Below the pieces are notes generated by a model. That model had not been told where the DNA came from. It saw only the letters and a program-made list of their open reading frames with translations, and did no database searches. A program made the translations under genes and the position numbers. Positions 21,523-31,561 of a DNA stretch of 64,000 bases are shown here, piece after piece. The stretch spans positions 7,917-71,916 of the forward strand of contig JABRWB010000054.1 in assembly GCA_039961635.1 (NCBI GenBank), given 5' to 3'. Numbering within the stretch: the first letter of the stretch is position 1; every line of letters begins with the position of its first letter. The DNA comes from a bacterium (lineage in GTDB: Bacteria; 4484-113; JAGGVC01).

Positions 21523-21579
21523 CTGCGCTCACCTCCTTTGGGTGAGATGGGAAAATGCTAGCGCCAAGCCGTGCGCAAA

Positions 21580-21595
21580 TGCAACAAGCATGCCG
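21580..21595 (-). promoter_or_regulatory. Sigma-54 (-24/-12) promoter for the reductase operon
   Basis: Minus strand CGGCATG-CTTG-TTGCA has exact GG-N10-GC spacing and is close to the TGGCACG-N4-TTGCW consensus. Confidence 0.6.
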
Positions 21596-21644
21596 TCTCA
21601 ACTGATAATAAGCCTATTATTGCCCTAAAATGGGCCGCTCAAAT

Positions 21645-22436
21645 CTATTTGGCAGATGCTCCTTTCGCAGGAGCCTTATCCGGCGCGGGCTTTCCCGCCG
21701 CCGGTTTCTCCCCCTTGTCCACGACGGAGATTCGCGCCACCGCGTCCCCCGCGAATCCGATAATGTAAACGTACCTGTCCATCGGAATCACGACCGAATC
21801 GGATTCGACCGACAGAATCATAGACATCGGCTGGGCGATTCCCTTTGCTAGGTTCGGATTGGCAGCGGAGGATATCAGCGCGTCTATAAGCGAGTTCGAA
21901 TCGCCCTGTTTGCCGGGATACCCGCCCAAAACGGCCTGCGCGTCCGCCTTCTTCATCCCGAGCGCGATTTTGCCCATCGAGGTTGCCGCGCCTTCACCGC
22001 CTTCCGGAAGCGTCACGGTGACCGCCGCGGCGCGCCCCAGCATTGCGCTCGTTTCGCAGATTTCGACAAGCTCCGGATGACCGCCGCTCTTGTAACGGCG
22101 CACGCCGCCCGGAAGAACTTCCGGCGGGACAGGCGAGCCACCAGAGGGCTCCATCGCAAATCCCGCACTCCCGATTGCCTTTTCCAGCTTCGCCGGATCG
22201 ATAGAGTCAACCTTCACGCCCGCGATTTCAAACGCGACCGGCAGCGCGGGCGCTTCCGGCCTGGGCGCGGCGGGCTTCTTTTTCAGCTCGGGCAACGGCC
22301 CCGCCGGGCGCGCGGGCGGCGGCTTGCGGATTTCCAACTGCTTGGCCGCGTCTTTGTTCGTCTTCAAAAAGACGGCCATTCCAACACCCAGGACGATCAA
22401 AAACGTAACGAAACCGACCAGTAAGTTCTTTCCCAA
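21645..22436 (-). CDS. Hypothetical membrane-anchored protein
   Basis: N-terminal TM helix followed by a Pro-rich linker; TTG start with AAGGAG RBS; extended -10 TGTTACAAT at 22480-22488. Confidence 0.65.
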   Translation of the reverse strand: MGKNLLVGFVTFLIVLGVGMAVFLKTNKDAAKQLEIRKPPPARPAGPLPELKKKPAAPRPEAPALPVAFEIAGVKVDSIDPAKLEKAIGSAGFAMEPSGGSPVPPEVLPGGVRRYKSGGHPELVEICETSAMLGRAAAVTVTLPEGGEGAATSMGKIALGMKKADAQAVLGGYPGKQGDSNSLIDALISSAANPNLAKGIAQPMSMILSVESDSVVIPMDRYVYIIGFAGDAVARISVVDKGEKPAAGKPAPDKAPAKGASAK

Positions 22437-22722
22437 CTTGGATGCTCCTTGCCCCGGCGCGAACGGGCGCGGGGAGAATATTGTAACAACATGAGGCAAC
22501 ACTCAAAGCTGACATGGACGGATTTCGTTTGGCTTTGTTGACGTGCGGGTTCGGGCAACCCTTCGCCGCAATTCGGCGCGTCGTTCAAGACAAGTCATGC
22601 CCGGATCAACCAGCCAAAAAAAAGCACGGGCAATAACAGGTTAAAGGCTTTACGGCGACGGCGAGGCGCTAAAATGCTCCGCTCCGGCGCGAAACCGGAT
22701 TTCGCGGGGTATTTAGCTGGTC

Positions 22723-24345
22723 ATGCACGTTCCTTTTTCCCGCCTAGGCGGTTACAAGCGGCTGTTTATTGATTACGCGGAGGACTTCGCTAAGGTGTCC
22801 GGGTTTTACCGGATGAACCCGCGCGATCCCTCGTCGTTTTCCGCGCGGCTTTCCTATCTCGATGGAAAGCAGTTCGCGCGAGCGCAAGTCGCGGACGTGC
22901 TCGCGGAGCAGAATCGCGGATGGGGCGCGGCGGATGCGGCGATAGCGAATATCGACGCGCTGCGCGATCCGAAAACCTCGGCCGTCGTCGCGGGCCAGCA
23001 GGCCGGGCTTTTCGGCGGGCCGATGTACACGCTGCTCAAGGCCGCGTGCGCCGTTCGCTGGGCGCGCGGGATCGAAGCGGCCAATCCGGGGCGGCGCGTC
23101 GTGCCCGTCTTCTGGATCGCGTCGGACGACCACGACTGGAACGAGGTCAAGCGCTTCCACTGGATCGGCGCGGACAATGCATTACACCACTGCGAGTATT
23201 CGCCGGAAACGGACATTTCGGGGCGGCCTGTCGGAGCGGTTGAAATCGACGCGCGGATAGCGGGCGCGTTCGAGTGCTTCTTCGGGACGAATCCCGAAAC
23301 GGAATATACATCCGGGCTGCGGCGTGAGCTTGAGGGCGCGTACCGCGCGGGCGCGACGATGGCGGACGCGTTCGCGAAGCTGATCAGCGCATGGATGAGC
23401 GATTATGGATTGGTCGTATGCGATCCGATGGATGCGCGGCTGAAGGCGATTGGCGCGCCGGTGTTCGCAAGGGCGATCGAGGCGCGGGACGCGATTTTCG
23501 CCGGAGTCGCGGAGCGTAACGCCGAGCTTGAGAAAGCGGGATACCACGCGCAGATCGGGCTGCCGCCTGACGGGACGAATTTGTTCGTCATCGTGAACGG
23601 AAAGCGCGAGGCGCTGCGGACGGCGCGAGAGGGGTACGTAACCGAGAGCGGCGCGGAGTTCGGCGCGGCGGAGCTTGCGAAGCTTATAACGGACGAGCCG
23701 GAGCGCATCAGCCCCAACGTCGTAGTGCGCCCCGTGTACCAAGATACGCTTTTCCCGGTCGCCGCGAGCGTAGTAGGACCGAGCGAGCTTTCGTATTATG
23801 CGCAGATTACCGGCGCGTACGGCGAATTCGGATTGGAACCGCCGGTCTATTTGCCGCGGCATTCGCTGACGGTCATAGAGCAAAAGACTCAAAAGATCCT
23901 CGGTGAAATCGGTTGCGAGTGGTGGGAGCTGGGCGGCGATCCCGACGAGGCGATCAAGCGAATCGTGCGCAGCAAGCTGCCGCAGGATCTGGACGAGGCG
24001 TTCAACAGGTATCGCGTTTCCACAATACTGGCCGGCGTCGAGCTTGAAAGGAAGGTCGTCGAGTTCGAGCCGACGATGGAGAAGCCGATGCAGAAAATGG
24101 CGGCCTCTCTGCACCACTACGCGGACGACATCGAAAAGAAAGTGCGCCAGGCGTACAAGCAGAAAAACCAGGTATGGGTCGAGCGCGTCGGGCGCGCGGC
24201 CGCTTCGCTGTTCCCCGAGCGCGGATTCCAGGAGCGGTTCGCCGGGCCGGTGTACTTTCTCAACAAGTACGGGGGGGGAGTGATCGAGCGCGTCGTAGCC
24301 GAGATGAATCCGGCGGAGCTGGGCCACCACTGGTTTGCGGTATGA
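22723..24345 (+). CDS. bshC: Bacillithiol biosynthesis cysteine-adding enzyme BshC
   Basis: GQQAGLFGGPMYTLLKA, PVFWIASDDHDW, SPNVVVRPVYQD, GPSELSYYAQ and QER motifs; 540 aa. Confidence 0.9.
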   Translation: MHVPFSRLGGYKRLFIDYAEDFAKVSGFYRMNPRDPSSFSARLSYLDGKQFARAQVADVLAEQNRGWGAADAAIANIDALRDPKTSAVVAGQQAGLFGGPMYTLLKAACAVRWARGIEAANPGRRVVPVFWIASDDHDWNEVKRFHWIGADNALHHCEYSPETDISGRPVGAVEIDARIAGAFECFFGTNPETEYTSGLRRELEGAYRAGATMADAFAKLISAWMSDYGLVVCDPMDARLKAIGAPVFARAIEARDAIFAGVAERNAELEKAGYHAQIGLPPDGTNLFVIVNGKREALRTAREGYVTESGAEFGAAELAKLITDEPERISPNVVVRPVYQDTLFPVAASVVGPSELSYYAQITGAYGEFGLEPPVYLPRHSLTVIEQKTQKILGEIGCEWWELGGDPDEAIKRIVRSKLPQDLDEAFNRYRVSTILAGVELERKVVEFEPTMEKPMQKMAASLHHYADDIEKKVRQAYKQKNQVWVERVGRAAASLFPERGFQERFAGPVYFLNKYGGGVIERVVAEMNPAELGHHWFAV

Positions 24346-24384
24346 CGACTGGAATTGAGAGCAGAAAACAAACAGGAGATAACA

Positions 24385-24780
24385 ATGTCGGATGAAACAA
24401 AGAAAACCTTCCCCGTTCTTGGCGGCGAGTTCGCCGCAATCGTGGACATCTGCTTTAAGACGGCTGAGGAGCACGGGTTTCACGCGGCGCGGATGAGCCA
24501 GGACGCGAGGATCGCGCGCAACATGACGGTGCTGGCGCTTTTCACGAGCGAAATAGGCGAGGCGATAGAGGCGATGCGCCACGTCAAGCCGGACAGCTAC
24601 TTTTCGGACATGCACAAAAAGGACGGATATTACGAAGAGCTTGCCGACCTGTTCATCAGGTTCTGCGACCACCTGGGCGAGCTTGCGGCGGAGGATCCGT
24701 CGTTCGATTTTTCGAAGGTGCTTTTGAAGAAGATGGAGTACAACCTTTCCCGCCCGAAGATGCACGGGAAGGGGGTATAA
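24385..24780 (+). CDS. MazG-like all-alpha NTP pyrophosphohydrolase
   Basis: LALFTSEIGEAIEA...EELADLFIR...KMEYN.SRP.MHGK pattern; AGGAG RBS. Confidence 0.75.
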   Translation: MSDETKKTFPVLGGEFAAIVDICFKTAEEHGFHAARMSQDARIARNMTVLALFTSEIGEAIEAMRHVKPDSYFSDMHKKDGYYEELADLFIRFCDHLGELAAEDPSFDFSKVLLKKMEYNLSRPKMHGKGV

Positions 24781-24992
24781 CAAAATATCCGGCTCAATTC
24801 GCCGGCGGGTGTGGAATATTGCCGAGCGGGCAATCAACGGTTCGGGCGCAAAGGCATCGGCAGTTCAAAGGCGCGTCGGCCCGGCAGTTATTCTATATTC
24901 CGCCGCTTAAGCAAACGCCCGATGGACGCCTAATGTCATTTCCGAATTTGCAATAGGCAAGACGTTTACCAGTTGTCCTGTAATACCCCCCC

Positions 24993-25457
24993 CTAATACT
25001 CCACCTCGATCGTCACAACCGTCCCTTCCTTGTAATCCTCTGTCACACGGATGTACACGCTCCGGTACGCGCCGCCGGTGAACGTCACGCCTTCGAGTAT
25101 CCTGCTCGGATTGTCGTCGGAATGGTAGCCCTTCGATTCGAGGTCGCCGATGTGGAATCGGATTATTTCCTCCGTGCGCGGTGGATTTACCGCGTACACA
25201 ACCTTTCCACTCGTCCTCGAGTCCACGACTTCCTTCAACACGTATTCCGCCGGGAAATCCAGCTCGCGCTCGATGTTGCGCGGAATCTTGAGCGGCTTTT
25301 CCGAGGCTCCCCGGTCGCCGGAAACATTGGATTCCCCTCCCGATGCCGCGCCCGCATCGCCGCCGGCTTCGCGCGAAAATCCGCCGACCGATTTCGGACA
25401 GGCCGAAAACGCCAACGCCGCCAAAACAACCACAAAAATGACAACCAAGCGGAGCAT
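24993..25457 (-). CDS. Hypothetical lipoprotein
   Basis: Lipobox FSA-C after a hydrophobic signal. Confidence 0.7.
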   Translation of the reverse strand: MLRLVVIFVVVLAALAFSACPKSVGGFSREAGGDAGAASGGESNVSGDRGASEKPLKIPRNIERELDFPAEYVLKEVVDSRTSGKVVYAVNPPRTEEIIRFHIGDLESKGYHSDDNPSRILEGVTFTGGAYRSVYIRVTEDYKEGTVVTIEVEY

Positions 25458-25496
25458 ATTCTTATTTTACCCCAGCCGCGTCAGGGCAATAGGAAT

Positions 25497-25578
25497 GGAG
25501 TTAAGGAGTTTTTGAGTTATTGAGTTAAAACCATGTCCAAAGACCGCAACTCAAAAACTCGATAACTCAAGAATTCAA
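25497..25578. repeat. Inverted pair of 4x octamer tandem arrays
   Basis: GGAGTTAA GGAGTTTT TGAGTTAT TGAGTTAA (25497-25528) and CAACTCAA AAACTCGA TAACTCAA GAATTCAA (25547-25578). Confidence 0.75.
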
Positions 25579-25590
25579 AAACCGGCTTGC

Positions 25591-28500
25591 TTATTCCGAC
25601 CCGACGCGCTTGCGGAACCGCGTGGTTATGTCGTCCGAAATCGTGTACGCGACCGGGATGACGACCAGAGTCAGAAGAGTGGAAAGCACCAGCCCGCCGA
25701 TTATCGCGATGCCCATCGGCTGGCGGAAGCCGCCGCCTTCGCCGTAGCCTATCGCGACGGGCACGAGTCCCAGCGTCGCTGTGAGCGTCGTCATGATAAT
25801 CGGGCGCAGCCTGCGCTTGCCCGCCTCGACCAGCGCGGTGAACCTGTCCTTGCCCTGCGCCATGAGCTGGTTCGTGTAGTCGATCAAAAGGATCGCGTTT
25901 TTCGTGACGAGGCCCGTGAGCATCACGATTCCCATAAAGCTCATCAGGTTGAAGGAAGTTCCCGTAATGAATACGGCGACGATTGCGCCAACGACCGCCA
26001 AGGGCAGCGTGAGCATGATGTTGAACGGATGGACGAGCGAGTTGAACTGGCTCGCCAGAACCATGTACACGAAAAGGATGCCCAAAATCATCGCGAATCC
26101 GAGCTGCTGCACCATTTCGATGAAGAACTTGGCCTCGCCCGCGAATTCGAGCTTGGTGTCCGGCGGAAGCTGCGCGGTCTTTACCGCGGCAAGGAAGTCC
26201 TTGCGAATGTCTCCGACTCCGCGCGGGCTGGAGGGATCTATGTTGCACGAAAGCTGCACCGAGGATGTCCGGTTGTAGCGCTCGCGCGCCACAACTCCAG
26301 GTCGGACGTATACTTCCGCCAAACTGGACAGCACGACGAACGTTCCGAGCGCCGGGCTGTAAACAAGGATGTTGCGAAGCTTGTCCACCGTGTCGGAATC
26401 CTCCGGCGCAAGATACATTGTGATGTCGTATTCCTCGCCGCGTTCGCGAAACGTGCCCAGCTCCGTTCCCTCGATGTATCCGCGCAACGCCGCAGCAAGC
26501 CCCACCGGCGTCAATCCGGCGTCCGCCACTTTCCGGATGTCCGGATTGATCGCAAGCTCCAGCTTGCCTTTCTTGTTGGAGGCGTCCACATCCACCGTGC
26601 CGTCAACCTCGTCAAGCTTCGCCGCCAGGATCTCCACCGCTTTGTCCAGCCGCGTTCTGTCCGGATTTACCACGAACACGCTGAAGTCGGTTTGTCCGCC
26701 CTCCCCGCCGGATGCCGCGACCTTTACCGTGGCGCCGGGAATGCCGGAAAGCAGCTCCGCAAGCCCGGAAGCAATCTCGTACGAATCAGGCCGCCCGGTG
26801 TCTTCCGGAGTGAGCCTCAAGGTGATCGCCCCGCGGTTTTTGCCGGCGGACGTTCCGAAGCCGGCCTGCACTTTGCCCAGCGAAGCGAATTTGGTTACGA
26901 TGTATTTCCCGTACTCCCCGCCTGAAAGCCTGTCCTCTATTTCCTTCACGACCCGCTCGGTCGCGGCAAGGTCCACGTCGGGCGAGAGCTCGATGTCCAC
27001 CGCGACGAATCCGGTGTCGAACCGGGGGATGAATCCCGATGTGAGCTTCGACGCCAGCGCCATGGCGAACACGAACGACAGCGTGGAAATCCCGATGACG
27101 ACGTTGCGGCCGGTGGGGCCGATCCATAACCGCCCGATTCGTATGACGGGAAGCTTGTATGTAAGCACCCAGCGGATCAGCCGCTCGTAGCCCGCCTCCA
27201 GAGGCAGGTACAGCCGCAGAAACACCTTCGAAATCCAAAGCCGCCTGCGTTCGATTTCCTCATGCGTGATTCCGACGCGGTACGAATAGGCCATCACCAC
27301 GGGAATGAGAGTCAGCGCGACGACGATTGATATGAGCATCGAAAACGCGACGCCCAGACCGAACTGCCGGAAGAACCGGCCCATTATCCCTTCCATGAAT
27401 CCGATGGGGATGAAGACGGCGACGATGGAAAACGTCGCGGCCAGCACAGCGAGCTGGACTTCCATCGCACCCTCGGCCGCGGCGATTTTGGGCGGCTTGC
27501 CCATCTCCAGGTGGCGGTATATGTTTTCGGCGACCACGATTGCATCGTCAACCACAAGACCCACCGCGACCGCGAGCGCCAACAGGCTCATGAAGTTGAT
27601 GGTGAAATCCGCCCACATGAAGAGCGCGAACGTCGCGATTATCGAAACCGGCATCGTGAGAAGCGTCGCGAACGTGACGCGCCCGCTGCCGAGGAAAAGA
27701 AGCACGACTATCGTCGCGAGAATTATCGCTATGATAATCGTCAGGTAAATATCGTCTATCGACGCGGCGATGAACCTGCTTTCGTCCGACGCGAGCGTTA
27801 TCTCGATCCCCGCGGGAACCTGGCTTGCCAGCTCATCCATTCGTGCTTTAACTTTTTCCGCGACGTCGACCGTATTGGCACCGCTCTGCTTTTGAATCGC
27901 GATTCCGACGCCCGCTTTGCCGTTCACGCGCGCTTTGGATTCCTGCTCCTTGCTTCCGTCCGTTATCCGCGCGATTTCGGCCAGCCTGAAATTCCTGCCC
28001 CCCGCGGAAATGATGGTCTCGCCGATCTGGCTAAGATCCGCAAACTGGCTCGTCACCTTAAGCGACAAGTCCTGGCCGCCTTCCGCAAGATTGCCCGCGG
28101 GGAAATCGAAGTTGGTCTGGCGCAGCGCCATCGCGACAGCGTCCGGGCCGATTCCCATCCCTTCCATCCGCGCTTTCGACAGTTCGACGCGGATCTCGCG
28201 TTCCGCGCCCCCGATTATTTCAATCGAAGCGACGCCGCGGATTCGTTCGAGCTGCTTTTTGAGGTTTTTGTCCACCCAGTCGCGCAGCGCGACCTCGTCC
28301 ATGCTGTCGGAAGTTATCCCGTAGTTGATTATCGGCTGGGCGTTGAAGTCCAGGCGGGAAATCACCGGATCTTCCGCGTCCTCTGGAAGGCTGTTCTTTA
28401 TCAGGCCCACTTTCTCCCGCACTTCGGTTGCCGCGTCCTCTATTTTCTTTTCGAGGACGAACCGCACGACCACGAACGAAAGACCTTCCTGCGAAGCGCT

Positions 28501-28743
28501 CGAAATTTCGTCTATTCCGTCTATGCTCGAAACGCCGTCTTCGATTTTTTTCGAAATGAGGGTTTCGACCTCTTCCGGACCTGCGCCGGGATAAACCGTC
28601 ATCACCGTGACGACGGGGAAATCAATCTCCGGAAACATGTCCACCGACAGCTTGGAGCGCGCGGTCAGCCCCACCACGGTGAAAAACAACAAGAGCATTA
28701 TCGCGAAAATCGGGTGTTGGATGGATATCCGCGGGAGACTCAC
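25591..28743 (-). CDS. RND efflux permease (AcrB/MdtB family)
   Basis: LVVDDAIVVAENIYRH, TKNAILLID and RLRPIIMTT motifs; GTG start overlapping the MFP stop. Confidence 0.94.
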   Translation of the reverse strand: MSLPRISIQHPIFAIMLLLFFTVVGLTARSKLSVDMFPEIDFPVVTVMTVYPGAGPEEVETLISKKIEDGVSSIDGIDEISSASQEGLSFVVVRFVLEKKIEDAATEVREKVGLIKNSLPEDAEDPVISRLDFNAQPIINYGITSDSMDEVALRDWVDKNLKKQLERIRGVASIEIIGGAEREIRVELSKARMEGMGIGPDAVAMALRQTNFDFPAGNLAEGGQDLSLKVTSQFADLSQIGETIISAGGRNFRLAEIARITDGSKEQESKARVNGKAGVGIAIQKQSGANTVDVAEKVKARMDELASQVPAGIEITLASDESRFIAASIDDIYLTIIIAIILATIVVLLFLGSGRVTFATLLTMPVSIIATFALFMWADFTINFMSLLALAVAVGLVVDDAIVVAENIYRHLEMGKPPKIAAAEGAMEVQLAVLAATFSIVAVFIPIGFMEGIMGRFFRQFGLGVAFSMLISIVVALTLIPVVMAYSYRVGITHEEIERRRLWISKVFLRLYLPLEAGYERLIRWVLTYKLPVIRIGRLWIGPTGRNVVIGISTLSFVFAMALASKLTSGFIPRFDTGFVAVDIELSPDVDLAATERVVKEIEDRLSGGEYGKYIVTKFASLGKVQAGFGTSAGKNRGAITLRLTPEDTGRPDSYEIASGLAELLSGIPGATVKVAASGGEGGQTDFSVFVVNPDRTRLDKAVEILAAKLDEVDGTVDVDASNKKGKLELAINPDIRKVADAGLTPVGLAAALRGYIEGTELGTFRERGEEYDITMYLAPEDSDTVDKLRNILVYSPALGTFVVLSSLAEVYVRPGVVARERYNRTSSVQLSCNIDPSSPRGVGDIRKDFLAAVKTAQLPPDTKLEFAGEAKFFIEMVQQLGFAMILGILFVYMVLASQFNSLVHPFNIMLTLPLAVVGAIVAVFITGTSFNLMSFMGIVMLTGLVTKNAILLIDYTNQLMAQGKDRFTALVEAGKRRLRPIIMTTLTATLGLVPVAIGYGEGGGFRQPMGIAIIGGLVLSTLLTLVVIPVAYTISDDITTRFRKRVGSE

Positions 28744-30005
28744 TTCTCGCCTCCGTTCACCTTGCGCACGTCCACCTTTTCGCCTTCCGCAACAAGGTTC
28801 TGGCCCGCGATTATCACCTGCTCGCCGCCCGTCAACCCGGACACGATTTCGTACTCCTGCTCGCTCGCAGCGCCGAGCTTCACATTTACTTTGGCGGCGG
28901 CGCCGGTCGGAGATACGATCCAAACGAACGGCTCTTCGCCCGGCGATTGAACGCATCTGCGCGGGAGCGCAATCACTTCGCCCGTAAGCGCGGTGGTGAA
29001 CCGCACTTCCACAAACGAGCCTACTATCAGCTCCGCGTCGCCCGCCGATACCTCGATTTTTCCCATTCGCGTGCGCTCGTCGACCGAAGGATGCACCTTC
29101 AATATGCGGACGGGAACCTCTGTCGAGCCAAGATGCAACCTTACCTCCGACGATCTGGACGCCTGATCTATGAGCGTCGCGGGGACGTCCACTACCACTT
29201 TTCTTGCGCCGCTACCCACTATGTCGATCAGCGGGTTGCCCACGCCAGCGTGCTCACCGACTTCCACATACTTGGCTCCAACCACGCCGTCGAACGGAGC
29301 GCGGATGACGGTATATCCCAAATTTGCATCCGCCATCGCGACCTGGCTCTTCGCGGACTTGACAGCAAGCTCCGCGAGCTGCACGTCTTCCTTGCGCGCG
29401 CCGGTTTTGGCCATTTGAAGCGACAGCTTGGCGCTTTCGTACGCGGCCTTCGCCGCGTCGCGCTGCGCGAGCGCGCCGTCCAGCGCGGATTGCGGAACCA
29501 CCCCGTCGTCAAACAACTTCTTCTGGCGCGCGTAATTTTCCTCCGCAGTGTCGTGGGCGGTTTTCGCGGCGGCCGTTTGCTCTTCGAGCTGCTTCACCTG
29601 CTCCGGGCGCGCGCCGGTTGTCGCGATTTCAAGCTGCACCTTGGCCATAGCGAGCGCGCTGTCCGCGGCCTGCTTCTGCGCGGAAAGGCTGGACGCGTCG
29701 AGCCTTATGAGCGTCTGTCCCTTCCTTACCGCGTCTCCGACGTCAACCGGAATCGCATCGACGTTGCCGCCGATGTTGCACGACACCGTCGCCATTTTGT
29801 CGGCCTCCACCGTGCCCGTGAGGATTACGGTGTCGGAAATCACCTTCCTTTCAGGCGTGACGACTTCGACGGCGGTCGGGGGCTTGGCCGCGGCTTCGCC
29901 CTTTTCCCCTCCCTTGCATCCGGAGATGATCGCAAGCGAAGAAAACGCGATTGCAACCGCAATCCATCTTGAAACAAGCGGCAGGATACGTTTTTTATTG
30001 TTCAT
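28740..30005 (-). CDS. RND periplasmic adaptor (HlyD/MFP) lipoprotein
   Basis: Lipobox ISG-C, lipoyl halves (VDVGDAVRKGQTL; IRAPFDGVV), long alpha-hairpin. Confidence 0.92.
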   Translation of the reverse strand: MNNKKRILPLVSRWIAVAIAFSSLAIISGCKGGEKGEAAAKPPTAVEVVTPERKVISDTVILTGTVEADKMATVSCNIGGNVDAIPVDVGDAVRKGQTLIRLDASSLSAQKQAADSALAMAKVQLEIATTGARPEQVKQLEEQTAAAKTAHDTAEENYARQKKLFDDGVVPQSALDGALAQRDAAKAAYESAKLSLQMAKTGARKEDVQLAELAVKSAKSQVAMADANLGYTVIRAPFDGVVGAKYVEVGEHAGVGNPLIDIVGSGARKVVVDVPATLIDQASRSSEVRLHLGSTEVPVRILKVHPSVDERTRMGKIEVSAGDAELIVGSFVEVRFTTALTGEVIALPRRCVQSPGEEPFVWIVSPTGAAAKVNVKLGAASEQEYEIVSGLTGGEQVIIAGQNLVAEGEKVDVRKVNGGEK

Positions 30006-30043
30006 TTTAGGTTCATCGTAGACGCGGCTTAAACGCCGCGCTC

Positions 30044-31561
30044 CTAGTGTATGACCGGAAAACTCTCCTTCTTGTCGGCGCGTTCATCGGATTCGGCACC
30101 CTCGCCGTCCGCAGGCTTTGCGAGTCCCGCTTCTTCCAGCGGAAGAACGTACGCCGCGACGATCGCTTTCTCCTCGTAGCGTTCATAGCCGATCGCCTGC
30201 TTTATCGCGTCGTAAGCGAGATAAATCGCTGCCTTCTTCGCGAAAAGATTGTATTCGGCGGAGAGATATTGCGTGCGGCTGTCCATCAATTCCAGCGTCG
30301 TCGTCACGCCTTCCTTGTAACCGACAGTCGCCATTTTCAGGCCTTCCGTCGCGGCTTCCAGCGTTTTTTTGGCGGTGTCGTAAGTAAGCATCGCAACTTC
30401 GAGGTCGTTCGAAAGCTTTTCCAAAGTGTTCTGGTAGCTCTGTCTGAATTGATCCTTCTTTATCGCCAGAATGTTTTTCTGCACCTGTAGCCTTTCCACG
30501 TTGTTTTTGGAATCGCCGAAATCGAAAAGGCGGAAGTTGAGATTCACGCCGATGGTGTAGGTGTTGTCCTCCGCGAAGTTGTTGCCTTCTTGACCCTGCC
30601 ATTGGGCGAAGCCGGAAAGCACCGGCCAGTTGCGCGCCGCGCGCATCTGTGAATCGAGCGACTGCATGGACAGATCGAATTGGTGCATTTGATAGGCGCC
30701 GTCGAGAAACGCTTCGGGGAATCCCGGCATTTCGGTGTGCTCGATTTCCGCGATTACAAGCTCGATTTGGTCCAGTTCCTTGGAAGACAGCAAAAGCTCC
30801 TGCGGGCCGCTTGCCATTCCCATGGCCAAATAGAGATTCTTGAGCGCGTTCTTCTTGTCGTTTTCAGCCTGCAGCAGCTTTTCGGCGGCCAGCGAAACTT
30901 GGACTTCGGCCTGAATCACCTCGAACCGCGGTGCGACCTTGTTGTCGTACCTGAGCTGCGCGTTGCGGAGCTGTTCGTCGGCAAGCTCCTTCGAATCCTG
31001 TGCGACTTCGTGTCCTTTTTGCGCAAGCAGGGCGGCGAAGTATGCCTGGGTGACGCCTTGCCTGACGCGGTCCTTGAGGATGCGCAGCTCCTCCTTGCGG
31101 GCGGCCAGCTCGAAGCGAACCGCATCCGACGCGTCCGGAACTCCGAATGAATATGCTCCGGCGATCTTTGCGCCCCAGTTTTTCACTATATCGTCCTGCG
31201 CCTGAAACCCGCCGCCGGTTTCGCCGCCGGAGTCATCCCCGCCTTCTCCGTCTCCCGAACTGCCGCCGAAATTTATCGTGTTCACGGGCGTCGTATATTG
31301 AGCGCCCGCGAAAACTTCCAGCTTTGGCATCACGCCCAGCAGGATGCCTTCGGCCTGCAATTCCAGGCCGCGGATTTCCTCCTCCTTCGCCTTCACATCG
31401 TAATTCCGCTCCAGCGCAAGCGCGATGCACTCCGAGAGCGTGGTTTCCGGTTCGGCGAAATCCTCCGCGTATACCGCAGGGGCGGCGAGCAAAAACAACG
31501 CGAGGGCGCCGGCAACCGCGGCGGGCGCAAGCGCTGCCGCGGCGAACGCGGGGAATTTCAT
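30044..31561 (-). CDS. TolC-family outer membrane efflux protein
   Basis: LSECIALALERN, VTQAYFAALL, GVTTTLELMDSR OEP repeat motifs. Confidence 0.88.
   Translation of the reverse strand: MKFPAFAAAALAPAAVAGALALFLLAAPAVYAEDFAEPETTLSECIALALERNYDVKAKEEEIRGLELQAEGILLGVMPKLEVFAGAQYTTPVNTINFGGSSGDGEGGDDSGGETGGGFQAQDDIVKNWGAKIAGAYSFGVPDASDAVRFELAARKEELRILKDRVRQGVTQAYFAALLAQKGHEVAQDSKELADEQLRNAQLRYDNKVAPRFEVIQAEVQVSLAAEKLLQAENDKKNALKNLYLAMGMASGPQELLLSSKELDQIELVIAEIEHTEMPGFPEAFLDGAYQMHQFDLSMQSLDSQMRAARNWPVLSGFAQWQGQEGNNFAEDNTYTIGVNLNFRLFDFGDSKNNVERLQVQKNILAIKKDQFRQSYQNTLEKLSNDLEVAMLTYDTAKKTLEAATEGLKMATVGYKEGVTTTLELMDSRTQYLSAEYNLFAKKAAIYLAYDAIKQAIGYERYEEKAIVAAYVLPLEEAGLAKPADGEGAESDERADKKESFPVIH

Noticed and set aside
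24826-24890. GGGCAA...GGGCGCAAAG resembling a c-di-GMP-I riboswitch
   Set aside because: No GAAA tetraloop stem or receptor helix, and it lies between convergent genes rather than in a leader.
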